The position numbers and the translations under genes are program-made. Under the pieces are notes generated by a model that was not told the origin of the DNA, ran no database searches, and was given only the letters and a program-made list of their open reading frames with translations. A stretch of DNA of 39,806 nucleotides from Ministeria vibrans ATCC 50519 (taxonomy: Eukaryota > Protista > Filasterea). The stretch covers positions 1-39,806 of the forward strand of contig CALSCP010002750.1 in the NCBI GenBank assembly GCA_943704425.1, written 5' to 3'. Shown here piece after piece: positions 12,539-23,200 of the stretch (position 1 is the first letter of the stretch; each line of letters opens with the position of its first letter).

Positions 12539-14099
12539 TTAAAGAAAGGGATTTTTCAGGTTTGGGACTCGCGCGACTGTTCCATTGAGAAAAGGATTAC
12601 TTCCCGCCCGAACCAATCTAGGACAAAGATGAAAACAAAAAAGATTAATCATAATCAGGAAAAGAATAAATGCATTGTGTTTCATACTGAGGAGCAAAGG
12701 GATTCTTTGAGTGGGCGTTCGGAAGAGAGGCACGAGCAAGCGCAGGGGTGGGAGTAAAAGTGTTGGAAGTGGAAGTAGTAGAAGTGGAAGTAGAGGGAGT
12801 GGGTTGGAGAGAGAGATGGCGGACGGGAGGAGGGACAGTGGCGACAGTCGCGGCTGTTGCGACAGTCTCAGACGCAGGTGAGATGCCTGCGTTGTCCTCT
12901 TGCTCCTTTTTGGGGAAGTTTGGTCGTTTGATGCGCGTGGGTGCTTTCTTTGTGGCCGTAGTGGTAGTAGTGGTGGGAACGGTTGTTGATGAAAGAGCAA
13001 CGGCAGGGGATGACGCAGAGACAAAGAGCGAGCGAGCGCTTTTGAAGGCTGACGAGGAGGACTCAAGCTCACGCTTGGACACGGCTGGGACTGCACTAGT
13101 CGCTGCCTTGCTTGACGCTGCTGCGGCGTCGCCCACGCTCGCCGTGACCGATTTGAAGTGTCTTCGTTGCGTGTCTGGGGTGAGACGATCAGATTGAGGA
13201 CCCGCTGAATCACGGGCGCTCTTTAGTTTGTGGAGGGAGAGCACTGAAGTGGACTTGGACAGGTGAGGTGCTGTGGATGCTGTGGTGGTGGCAGTGATAC
13301 ATGGAAGCACGCGTGGTCCACCAATGTGAATTGATTTCCGTCGACGGAAAGCATTGCTGCTGTCTTGGGCAAAAGGGAGAGGCGCAGAGTGTGCGCGTCG
13401 ACGACCAACATTTGCGCCGCCGCCGCTGCTGCTGCTGGCTACGGGAGCAGCCGCGGATACCTTTGATTCAATGTAGGTGTCCCCAGTCACGCGAGGCGTT
13501 GTACCAGCGACAGCTGTCACCCCAACCGATCGTAATTTCCCAGGACGGGTCGAGGAGAGTCGTCTGGCACGTCGACTCAGCGCTTCGTCCAATCGGTGAG
13601 TCAGAGTGCGCTGCTCCTGACTCTCGCGAGCACTCGCGACAACGGTAAACTTCACAGTCTGGCGAAGAAGGCACTTGGGCGCGGCAGGCGTTGCACTGCC
13701 TGGCGAGACGAGCACGGTGACGGCGTGGCGGGTCGACGGAGGCCACCCGTCCGCCGGACAACAACACGACGCCACAGAGACAGCCCGGACGCTGTCCACC
13801 TTGCTGGCGCTCGTCCAGGCCACGCGGTGGCACGTCTCTCCCACCAGCGCCATGTCACCGCCGTGTTTCCATTGGATGCGCACGTCAATTGGACTGGTCG
13901 CCGCAATTTGAATTCGGGCCCGCATAAACACAGAGCACCCCGCCGGAAAACTCACCGACGAGTCCCCCGCATCAGCACGTGCCTGTGTACAAACAGGGGG
14001 AGGGGTTAAGCACAGGAGAGACGATAGAAAGAGAGAGAGAGAGAGAGGAGCGTAGAGAGTAGAGAGTACTTTAGAGGACGCCAAGCGGATTTGAATCAT
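12539..14099 (-). CDS. Uncharacterised protein: N-terminal predicted beta-rich domain, S/T-rich disordered region, three C-terminal NPF motifs
   Basis: Long GC-rich ORF 12645-14126. Plausible exon 1 MIQIRLASSK (14099-14070), then a CT-rich intron to about 13983. Last intron gtatga...tcctag joins KNPFAPQ to LVRAGSNPFLNGTVARVPNLKNPFL* (stop at 12539). Confidence 0.65.
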
Positions 14100-14205
14100 T
14101 GAAAAATAGTATGACTCGAATAGCAAGTGTGTTTATTAGCTCAATCAATCTCAACTGACAACTGTTATTACTTATTCGGATTGGTTGCGTTGTCTGTCGA
14201 CACCC

Positions 14206-14432
14206 ATGTCGCTCCTGTGGACGTCCCCGCAGGTGGTCGAGAAGCTCCAAGCGGTAGGGAGCGGGCAGCGGAGCGGGTTGCGCACTCCCACCCCTCAACG
14301 CGCCACTGCGCGCCCCATGGCCCCCCTCTCCACCCTCCACGCCGTCCAGCGGCTGCCCATGCGGCTGTGCGTCGGCCCACTATCCGCCCAGCCCCTCGAT
14401 TGACCCACATACGGCACTTTACCGCAACCGCT

Positions 14433-14463
<31 letters not shown>

Positions 14464-17400
14464 CTTTGGTTTGTTCTCGTTGTCGGTTTTCTTCTCGCGT
14501 CGCATAAGCCATTCGCTGTTGACGTGTGTGCCTTGCCTCTGTCTGTAGCGCCTTGGATCATCCTTCAGCACGTACTCCGATGCGTTTCTGCGACACCAGG
14601 TCGACGGTAAGCGGCAGCCAAGGGTGTCAGTCAAAGGGCGTGCACGTCTCTCAATTCCACATTTGTCCGTCACAGGAAAGTCACTGGCGAAGCTCGACCA
14701 GCGTCGTCTCGTGTCCGACATCAAAGTGTACAGTGGAGGTGAGCAGACCCCGCCCCGCCAGCCAGCATTGGGCTGAGGGGCGTCTCTGTGCGCACCGGAA
14801 CGCTAACCTTGGTGTGTTGTGTAGCGACCCAACGACTGATCATGAAAGGAATTCAGGAGGTGCTCGAGGCGCGAACTGTCTCTGAGAAGCTGATTGATGC
14901 GGTGGTGGAGGCGCGAGCCGAGCTACTGACGGGAACGCCCGAGGAGCTGTGTGTACCCAACAACAAGTCTGCCATTGTGAACACTGTGTGTGCGGTGGCT
15001 GCGTGTGCCCGTGCCGTTGTAGAACGAGCGAGCGAGGAGGCGGAGGCAGGAACCCTGACACCCGCATTGTCCATGGCCGACTTTGAGGACAAACGCGAGG
15101 TGATTCTCTACGGCATTCGACAAATATCGCCGTTGACTCGGGCGGTCATCACTGCTCAACAGCCCGCCGTGGACGTCCTCGATGCGTGCGAGGCCGTTGC
15201 CGAGTTGTGTCTCGCTCTTGTAGGAGAATCGTCCGATGCCATCGACGAAGCCGACGCGCTTGAGGGGGACACTGGGGAACAGGCGAAGGAGAAGGTGGAG
15301 AAGGCCGAAGAAGAGAAGATCGAAAAGGTGGAGAAGGTGGTGGAGAAGGTTGAAGAGAAGGTCGAAAAGGTGGAGCAGGCCGAAGAGAAGACAGAAACGG
15401 CGGAGAAGGTGGAAGAGAAGACAGAAAAGGTGGAGAAGGTTGAAGAGAAGATAGAGAAGGCAGAGGAGAAGAGCGCGACAGTCGACAACTCTGATGAATC
15501 ATCGAGTTCTGAGGAGGAGGAGGACGACGACGACGACTCGGATAGCACCAGGGATGACGACGATGACGATGACGACGACGGCGACGACGATGAGAAACAC
15601 AACGCAGTGTTCAAGAGCAGCGACGAGAGCGACTCGTCATCGTCGTCGTCGGACGACGATGAGAGTGACGGGCTGTCGGTGTCGAGCATGAGCGATGAAG
15701 AGCACACGACGGGCGCAGGTGCTCTGATGCGCGTGGTGCTGACAAAGACGCCTAAAGAGTCGTTTGGCTTCACGCTGGTGCGACCACTGGACGGTGCTCA
15801 TCGCGTGCGCATTGGCCGAATCACACCGGAGACAGTTGCGGCACGTGTTGGCGTCCTCGATCCCGGTGACTGTGTTCTCTCGGTCAACGACGTGAGCACA
15901 TACGGTCGCACAGCGGGCGAGGTCGGCAAGATGCTCTCGAAACGTCCACGCGGCGCCACACTTAAGGTGCGCAAGTTTGATGAGGGGACCATGTCGGCAT
16001 TGGCCGAGCACGGAGGACGCCTGAGCGTGTCGCTCAACGAAGACGGCTCACCGAGTCTGCAATCGCGCCATTCGATCGAGCTGAAGGCAGCCGAGGAGGC
16101 CAAGGCGGCCGCTCTGGCGGCGTCGATTCGCGAGAAGCAGAAGCAGGTGTCAGCGCGCGGTACCGGAGCGGCGCCCAAGACGTCGTCGCCACTGGCACGC
16201 TTGGCTGTGGGTGGTGCTGCGAAAAAGAGCGGAGGCGGGAGTCCGCTTGCGATCAGTGCCCGACAACGCGCTGCCGAAGAGAAGGTCGCGGTTGCACGAC
16301 GCATGAGTGATGTTGCAAAGCAGTTGGCTGATCAAGCAGCCGAAGCCGAGCGAGCGGCTGCGGCGGCGGCAGCCGAAGCCGAGCAGATATTGAAGGAAGA
16401 GGAAGAGGAGGAGAGACTGAAAAAGGAAGAAGAAGAGAAAAAGAAGAAGGAAGAGGAAGAGAGACTTGCAGCGGAACAGAAGAAGAAGGAAGAGGAGGAG
16501 AGACTGAAAAAGGAAGAAGAAGAGAAAAAGAAGAAGGAAGAGGTGGAGAGACTGGCAGCGGAGAAGAAGAAGAAGGAAGAAGAAGAGAGACTAGCAGCGG
16601 AGAAGAAGAAGAAGGAAGAAGAAGAGAGACTGGCAGCGGAGAAGAAGAAGAAGGAAGAGGAGGAGAGACTGGCAGCGGAACAGAAGAAGGAGGAAGAAGA
16701 GAGACTGGCAGCGGAGAAGAAGAAGAAGGAGGAGGAAGAGAGACTGGCAGCGGAACAGAAGAAGAAGGAGGAGGAAGAGAGACTGNNNNNNNNNNNNNNN
16801 NNNNNNNNNNNNNNNNNNNNNNNNNNNNNNNNNNNNNNNNNNNNNNNNNNNNNNNNNNNNNNNNNNNNNNNNNNNNNNNNNNNNNNNNNNNNNNNNNNNN
16901 NNNNNNNNNNNNNNNNNNNNNNNNNNNNNNNNNNNNNNNNNNNNNNNNNNNNNNNNNNNNNNNNNNNNNNNNNNNNNNNNNAAGAAGGAGGAGGAAGAGA
17001 GACTGGCAGTGGAACAGAAGAAGAAGGAAGAGGAGGAGAGACTGGCAGCGGAACAGAAGAAGAAGGAGGAGGAAGAGAGACTGGCAGCGGAACAGAAGAA
17101 GAAGGAGGAGGAAGAGAGACTGGCAGCGGAACAACAGAAGAAGCAGTTGGTAGGTGCCGAAGTAGCCACGAGAATAGAGGAGGTTGGCTCAGCTCCTCCC
17201 AGCATCCCCTCCACTGAAACTTCGACAGAAGGTCCTACTGAAACCGAAGCGGAAGCTGCCATTCGGGCCAAGGCAGAAGCGCGCGCGGCAGTGCTTGCCC
17301 GCCTTGCTGAGCGACAGCGTCGTTCCATGGACAAGTCGCAAACGAGCAGTGCCCGTCTGAAGATTGCTGAGATGCGCGAGACGGCGGCGCGCGACCGTGC

Positions 17401-20354
17401 CGAGAGTCTGCAGCGACAGCAGTTGAGGGCCCAGATGATGCTTGAGCGCCTCAAGGAGACACGCGCGTCCGAGGCGGACCAGGACAAAACGGAAGAGCAA
17501 GTGCTGGGCAAGGTTGAGGAGGAGCGACGCCGTGTTGTCGAGGAGTTCAGCCAAAAGGTGTCAGTGGGCGCCGTCGCGGTTGCTTCGCGTCGCGCCGACC
17601 TTGAACTTGAGAAGCAGACTCTTGCGGCCAAGCGCGAAGAAGACCAACGACGCGCGACGGAACGACGCGAGGAAGAGACCAAGGCGCAAACAGCCGAAGA
17701 GGCGCGACAGGCGGCGGCTGCCGAAGCGCGCAGTCTGCTTGCAGTCGACTCGGCCGAGCAACGTGCGGCCAAACGCGAAGAGCGACGTCTTCAACGTGCC
17801 GCGCGTGATGCCGAACTCAAACGACTCATTGAGGAGGCTGAAGCGGCCACCACGTCCAAGATGAGCGAGGCTGCGGCTGCTGCGGCTGCCTCGAGCATTG
17901 CCGAAGAAGCCGAGGCGGAAACGACCGAGGCATCAACTGTCGCCGCTGCTTTGGAGGAGGAAGAGCTGGACGAGGACGAGGCGGAGCGTCAGGCGTACGA
18001 GCGCTACTTGGCCGAGCTCGAGACACATGAGGAGGTGTCGCGCGAGCAGCGTGAGCGAATGAGCCTTTTGGGATTAATTGACGGCATGGACAGTGACATG
18101 GAGGGAGACGGCGCTGAACTCGCCGACGACTCAGTGTTCGAGGACATGGCCTTGCCCGCGGAGCAGTTGAAGGAAGAGCAGGTGGAGGAGCTACAAGAAG
18201 AAGAGACCAAGGTGGTACAACAATCGCCGTTGCGTGCCATGGACAAACAGGCACAGGTGGACGATGCGACGCGCACTGCAATGATGGCGGCGGAGGCGGC
18301 GCGCAAAAAAGCCACGGCGCAGAGACAGCTCGCTTCGGAGTACATGGAAAAGCAGAAGATGATCAAGGAGCACATGGACACGAACAATGTGGGCGAGGAA
18401 GATGAGGAGCTGGTGCGCGCAGCCGAGCGCTCGGGTGACAAGATGCGCGAGGCACTGCGTCTTGCAGATGAATGGGAACGCAATGCGGCGCGTGTCGAAG
18501 AGGCTGCGTCGGTGCTTAAAATTGCATCGCGACGTGTATCGGCGGCTTCCGATGTCCAAGTGGACACCTCGCTGGTGGGACGCGACGGGCCGCCCACGTT
18601 GGGCGAGGAGGAGGAACAGGAAGAAGAGAAGCTGCCTCCACCAGCAACGCCTACAAGCGATCCGGTGTCGACGCTTGCCACACCGATAGGTAATAGTCCC
18701 TCGAATGGCGTGGTGCACCCCACTGCGCTGAAACGGACCGCGTCCTTGGCGTTGGCTATTGCTGCCGTCGAAGAAGAGGAGTCGCGTGCGTTGGAACTGG
18801 TGGAGGCTCAAGCGAGTACGGCCGAGCCATGGAAGCGAGACGCTGGGACGGAGTCGCACGAGCTCACGCTCAAACTGAAAAAGCCAAATGTCTCTCTTCC
18901 GACTGAGAGCACAGTCGACTCAGTCGACATTGGACAGCCCACCAAGGCGCCACCACCCCCTCCAGTGACACCCGGCTCACCCAAGCGTGCACGCACCAAC
19001 AACATGCCGAAGCGGGCGCACTCGGTCGTGATCCCTCCGCCTCGCTCTACTCCCCCTCCACCTCCTCCCGCCGCGCGCTCACCCGAACTTTCGCGCCGCC
19101 GTGAGCCCGCCGACAGCGTCAAAGTGCGCTCCCGTCCCAACAGCATGTCGTCGGCCGACCAGTGGCGCACCAAAGTTGCTCAACATCTCAGTAGCTCTCC
19201 TGCGTAAGACACATAAAAAAAGCAAACTTACGACAGCAGCTAATCTACTCTTGTGTATGTTTGTACAGGACGAAAGACCCTCTCCCGTCGGCAATGCGCC
19301 AACCGGGCTCTTCATCGAAGCTGATCAAGAACGTTTCGTTTGGCGACGACGATGATCCCGACGTGGGAGGAGTGCCGACAATGTTCTCGCTTGACGGCGC
19401 ACCCAACGACGTGACCCTGCCTGACTACGACACTGCCGTTGCGTCAATGAGCAAGCCGCCTGTTGGGAAACGCCCTTCGCTCATGTTTGCCCTGACTCAG
19501 GTGCCAACTCCCTCAACAACATCTCTTAGCGATGCGTCTGCTTTGCGTCTCCAGTCCTGGGTGAAACAAGTAAGTGAACATCGAGAGCGAGTGAGCGAGC
19601 GAGAAAGAGAAAGGAAGAAGAAAGAGAGAGGAGAGAGGAGAGAGAAAGGAGGGATAAAGAAACAAAGTGAGAGGGGGAGAAAGGAGGGATAAAGAAGCTA
19701 AGTGATAAAGAAAAAAAAAAAAGAGAGAGAGAGAGAGAGAAAGTGATATTTAGAGAGAAAGTGAAACACAATGAGAAAGAGAGAGAAATGACAACTCTCA
19801 CACGACTGTGTTTCAATCTTAGCCGTCGTACACACCCTGTGCCGACGTGAGCAGCACTGCTCTGTACAAAGGATGGCTTTTCTTTCGCGGTGCGGGTCCG
19901 CTGGGCCAGTGGAAACGTCGCTGGTGCATTCTCGACAGCGAGTTTCTTTATGTGTACAAGACGGCGCTCGTACGACAATTGCAATGCCAATAATATAATA
20001 ATAATAATAATAATAATAATTTATTTTGTCTGTTTGCTAACCTCTCCTCACTTTTTATTTTTATTTTTCTCTGTGTTCTTTGTCAACAGGATTTACTCTC
20101 GGTCGATCGACTGCCTACGCCCAAACTGGAAGTGGTTATTAGCACAACACTTCGCCGCAAATTCGGTAAACAATGACTGTCGTAACCCCAACCCTAACAA
20201 AAGGTGTCCGTCTCTTTTAGCCTTCTTCCTGACCATTGGCAATGAGTTTATGGTTCCTTGTGCTGCTCCCACCGATGAGGGCTTTGACAAGTGGCTCCTG
20301 CAGATCCGTGCTGCTGCCGAACAGCCGGTTGCTCCCACTCGCTCTTTTGTATGA
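14206..20354 (+). CDS. CNKSR: CNK (connector enhancer of KSR)-like scaffold: SAM-CRIC-PDZ-charged helical repeat-Pro-rich-PH
   Basis: Exons 14206-14253, 14549-14606, 14676-14738 and 14825 onward splice in frame to a SAM domain (WTSPQVVEKLQARLGSSFSTYSDAFLRHQVDGKSLAKLDQRRLVSDIKVYSGATQRLIMKGIQEV). CRIC-like helices DFEDKREVILYGIRQI...VLDACEAVAELCLALVGESSD. PDZ ESFGFTL...VLDPGDCVLSVND. Spliced PH domain TPCADVSSTALYKGWL...GQWKRRWCIL...FDKWLLQIRAA. Gap 16786-16981 lies inside a repeat. Confidence 0.8.
16395..17140 (+). repeat. Coding 36-bp minisatellite (KKKEEEERLAAE[Q/K])n
   Basis: Repeated gaagagagactggcagcggaacagaagaagaaggag units on both sides of the N-gap; E/K/R periodicity typical of single alpha-helix segments. 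Confidence 0.9.
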
Positions 20355-20483
20355 CATCTTGTTTGTTTGTTGTTTTGTTTGTTTCTTTTTTTTTAATAAA
20401 CAATTCAATTATTAAATTTATTTTGTTATTATTATTATCAATAATAAATATTATTATTATTATTAATTCATTCTTTTTTTCTC

Positions 20484-22600
20484 TCATGAGCGAGTTGAGC
20501 CGTAAAATGAAGAATGGGATTGAACTGTGTCGTACGCGCGGGATTCAATGTAATTATCGCGGGCAATGGGGGCAAGAAGAGGGTCGGGAATGGCAAAAGC
20601 ATCGACGAGAGAGCGACTGTGAGTGCGCAGAGGGGCGTAGCAGCGCAGTTGGGTCTGCTGGAGGTGGTGGCGGGCAGAAGGGTCGAGGGAGAAGGCAGCG
20701 TCGCTGGTGATAGTGTCAAGGGCAAAAACGGCGCAAAGGGTGGTGAGGAGGGAGTGTGTGGCAGTGCTGGGCGACAGACACGAAGCACTAATGTCGGAGT
20801 GGAAGGTCTCAAGGATGACACGGTCAATGTAAGCGCGTCCGAGGGCACAGCCAACGGGTGCGACGGTGTCCCAGTCGTCGTGCGCCGCGGCAAGGGCAGC
20901 GTCGAGGTCGCGCAGGAGACGCTGTTCTCGCGCACAGAAGAGATGCAGGTGGAAGGATGGGTCGAGGGCAGTGTGTGGACCGCCTTCAAAGGTTTTGTGC
21001 GTGGCGTCCCAGGCAAACGAGCGGGTTGCGCGGTTGGTGTGTGGGTAGGCATTGCGGCTGTGCTGTTTAGCCAGGTAGCGACCAGTCTGAGAGAGCAGAA
21101 CCATATTGTCACCTTCAAAGGTCAGAAAGATCTCAGTGTCGGCGCGCAAGGGCGCAAAGCGGTTCCAGGCGGCATAACCAAGTCCACCACAGGCCTCACG
21201 ACAGGTCTGCAGTGTGCGAGACATGGCACTGCCGCAGACGCTCTTAAGTCCCGACGACAGAACATGTATTTCTTTCATCTGACGCGCGCGTAGTTCCCAG
21301 TCGGAGTGACTGCGGTGTACCCACTTGAGGCGCAGTGCGTGTGCGGCCGTCCCGTGGGCGTACACTGTGGCTAGCAACGGTAGCAGCCGGTGTTGGTGCA
21401 GAGGATAGTCGAGCAGCAGTCGCTCCGGTTCGCCGGGCGCCGGAGCAAACTGTCGGCGCTGGAGGGCATAGCGCACGGCTATGGCCAGTGCTAACTTACT
21501 TGCCTGCACTGCGCCCGACACAAGCGATACGCGACCCTGTACAAGCTCAGCAAGAGAGGCAGCAAAGCGCAAGTCCGCATTCCCAATGAGCGACACATAC
21601 GAACCGTCTTCAAGTACATCACCCATAGCATTGAGGAGCGCCTCGCGCCCCACACGTACATGGTCAAACCAAATCTGTGCATTGTCAACTCCATTGAGAC
21701 CCATTTTGACGCCGCAGTCGGCCACGCGAATGCCCTTGCAGAGCGGCTTGTCGGGCCGAGTGCGGTCGCGCATGGGCACCACAAAGGCATGGAGACCGCG
21801 CCACGCGCCGTCCGTGTACAGCTGCGCAAAGACAGTCGCCATTTCCGCTTTAATTCCATTGCCAATCCAGAACTTGCTAGCCGACGTCGACGGTGTGTGG
21901 ATGACAAACTCTTTGGTGTGTGCGTCGTAGCGAGCAGTTGTCTCCATGCCCTACGTTTGTTTGTGTATGGTGCGGTTGTAAGTCTCGAGTGCACTGGAAT
22001 GAATTGGATTGGTTCACACCTTGACATTGCTGCCGTGGCCCAGCTCTGTCAGGGCAAAGCAGCCTGGAAGGCGGAGGGAGAGACCCTCGCGAAAAATCGG
22101 GCGATGGCGCTCAGTCCCAAGCGAGAAGAGCGAGCCCGCAAAGAGCCCAATCTGTGCGCCAACGAGAGTCATGGCCGAGTGGTCAGTCATGTACATGCAG
22201 TCGGCACGCGCCATGTTGGTCAATCTAGACGAGACGAGACAAGGCGGCTGAGGGCAGGAGCGAGGCGGTCAGAGGGTTGCGCGTACTGTTGGTGCGGACA
22301 CAACAGCGCCGCCTCCTCCACATCGGCAGGGGGCAAGAGCCTGTCGCGCAGTCGCACGAGTCGACTCCATGCCATGGTTCGTTGCTCCTCGACGGGCCGC
22401 GAGTAGCCGTCGAGCGGATGTTCAGCGATGTCGGCGCAAATGCGGTCGAAGAGCACTCGACGCTCGTCCAAGTCGTGGCGGTCCACAAAGGCGTGCAGGG
22501 CCGCCTCGTCGGCGCACGACGGCGACGGCGACAACGACGGTGCTTGTTGTGCCGACGCCAAATGCGCGTGGAGGCGGTCGACTCGACTTTTGCTATTCAT
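20484..22600 (-). CDS. Peroxisomal acyl-CoA oxidase, 3 exons, N-terminal PTS2-like motif
   Basis: GCFALTELGHGSNVK|GMETTARYD, KFWIGN, KMGLNGVDNAQIWFDHVRV, AVRYALQRRQF, LLDYPLHQHRL, CREACGGLGY, and LTFEGDNMVL with the catalytic Glu. N-terminal RVDRLHAHL. Confidence 0.93.
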
Positions 22601-23028
22601 TTGAGTTATAGAGATAAAGGAATGTAAATACCACCGATTAAATAATATTATTGTTGATTTAAACCTTTCGATGTAATATTCGTCTAGAAATCTAGTTAGT
22701 CTGCGGTGGAAGTATTGTTAATTTGCTGATCTAACTGCTCTTGCCTCTTTGCTTTGTATAACCACTAAAATGTCTATTGTTTGTTTTGACATTGAGTAGA
22801 GCTCTCGATTTTCTATGTTATTATTAATAATAATAGAACTCATAATTTACCCTTATGACTATTGGGTGAGTGAGTGTCCCTGGACTCTTTTGTAGCATAC
22901 AAAATGAAATGCGGCTTATGAGTAACAAGCAGATAACGCGATCTGGGTAGTAGGAATACATGAATGTTTACTCAGAATGGAGAGGAAGGGAAGAATGAAC
23001 AATTCAGGCATTTGGTCATTGTGACCAC

Positions 23029-23200
23029 TCAACTCTGAGAATTGGCTATCCAAATGGGAAATTTGTCGGCTGCAGCAGGATGCACTCGGCGATCGCGAAG
23101 CAGAAGCTCGACCATGGACGCAAAACCGCACTCTCTGGCCTTGCGCAAGGCAAAATTGTCATCTTCCGTAGGATCTAGCGGCTCCTCTGCCGTCAGTATC
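23029..23200 (-). pseudogene. Out-of-frame decayed ankyrin-unit remnant downstream of copy B
   Basis: After a 1-bp deletion (TTG AG- ATA here versus ATG AGT ATA in copy A) the old frame reads ILTAEEPLDPTEDDNFALRKARECGFASMVELLLRDRRVHPAAADKFPIWIANSQS*, homologous to 25335-25420 and to the block at about 27430-27610. Confidence 0.75.

Noticed and set aside
14071-14561. GC-rich minus-strand ORFs upstream of the NPF gene
   Set aside because: Better explained as antisense to CNK exon 1 and intron 1.
22822-22850. AT palindrome ttattattaataataa
   Set aside because: Expected from abutting (TTA)/(TAA) microsatellites in this genome.
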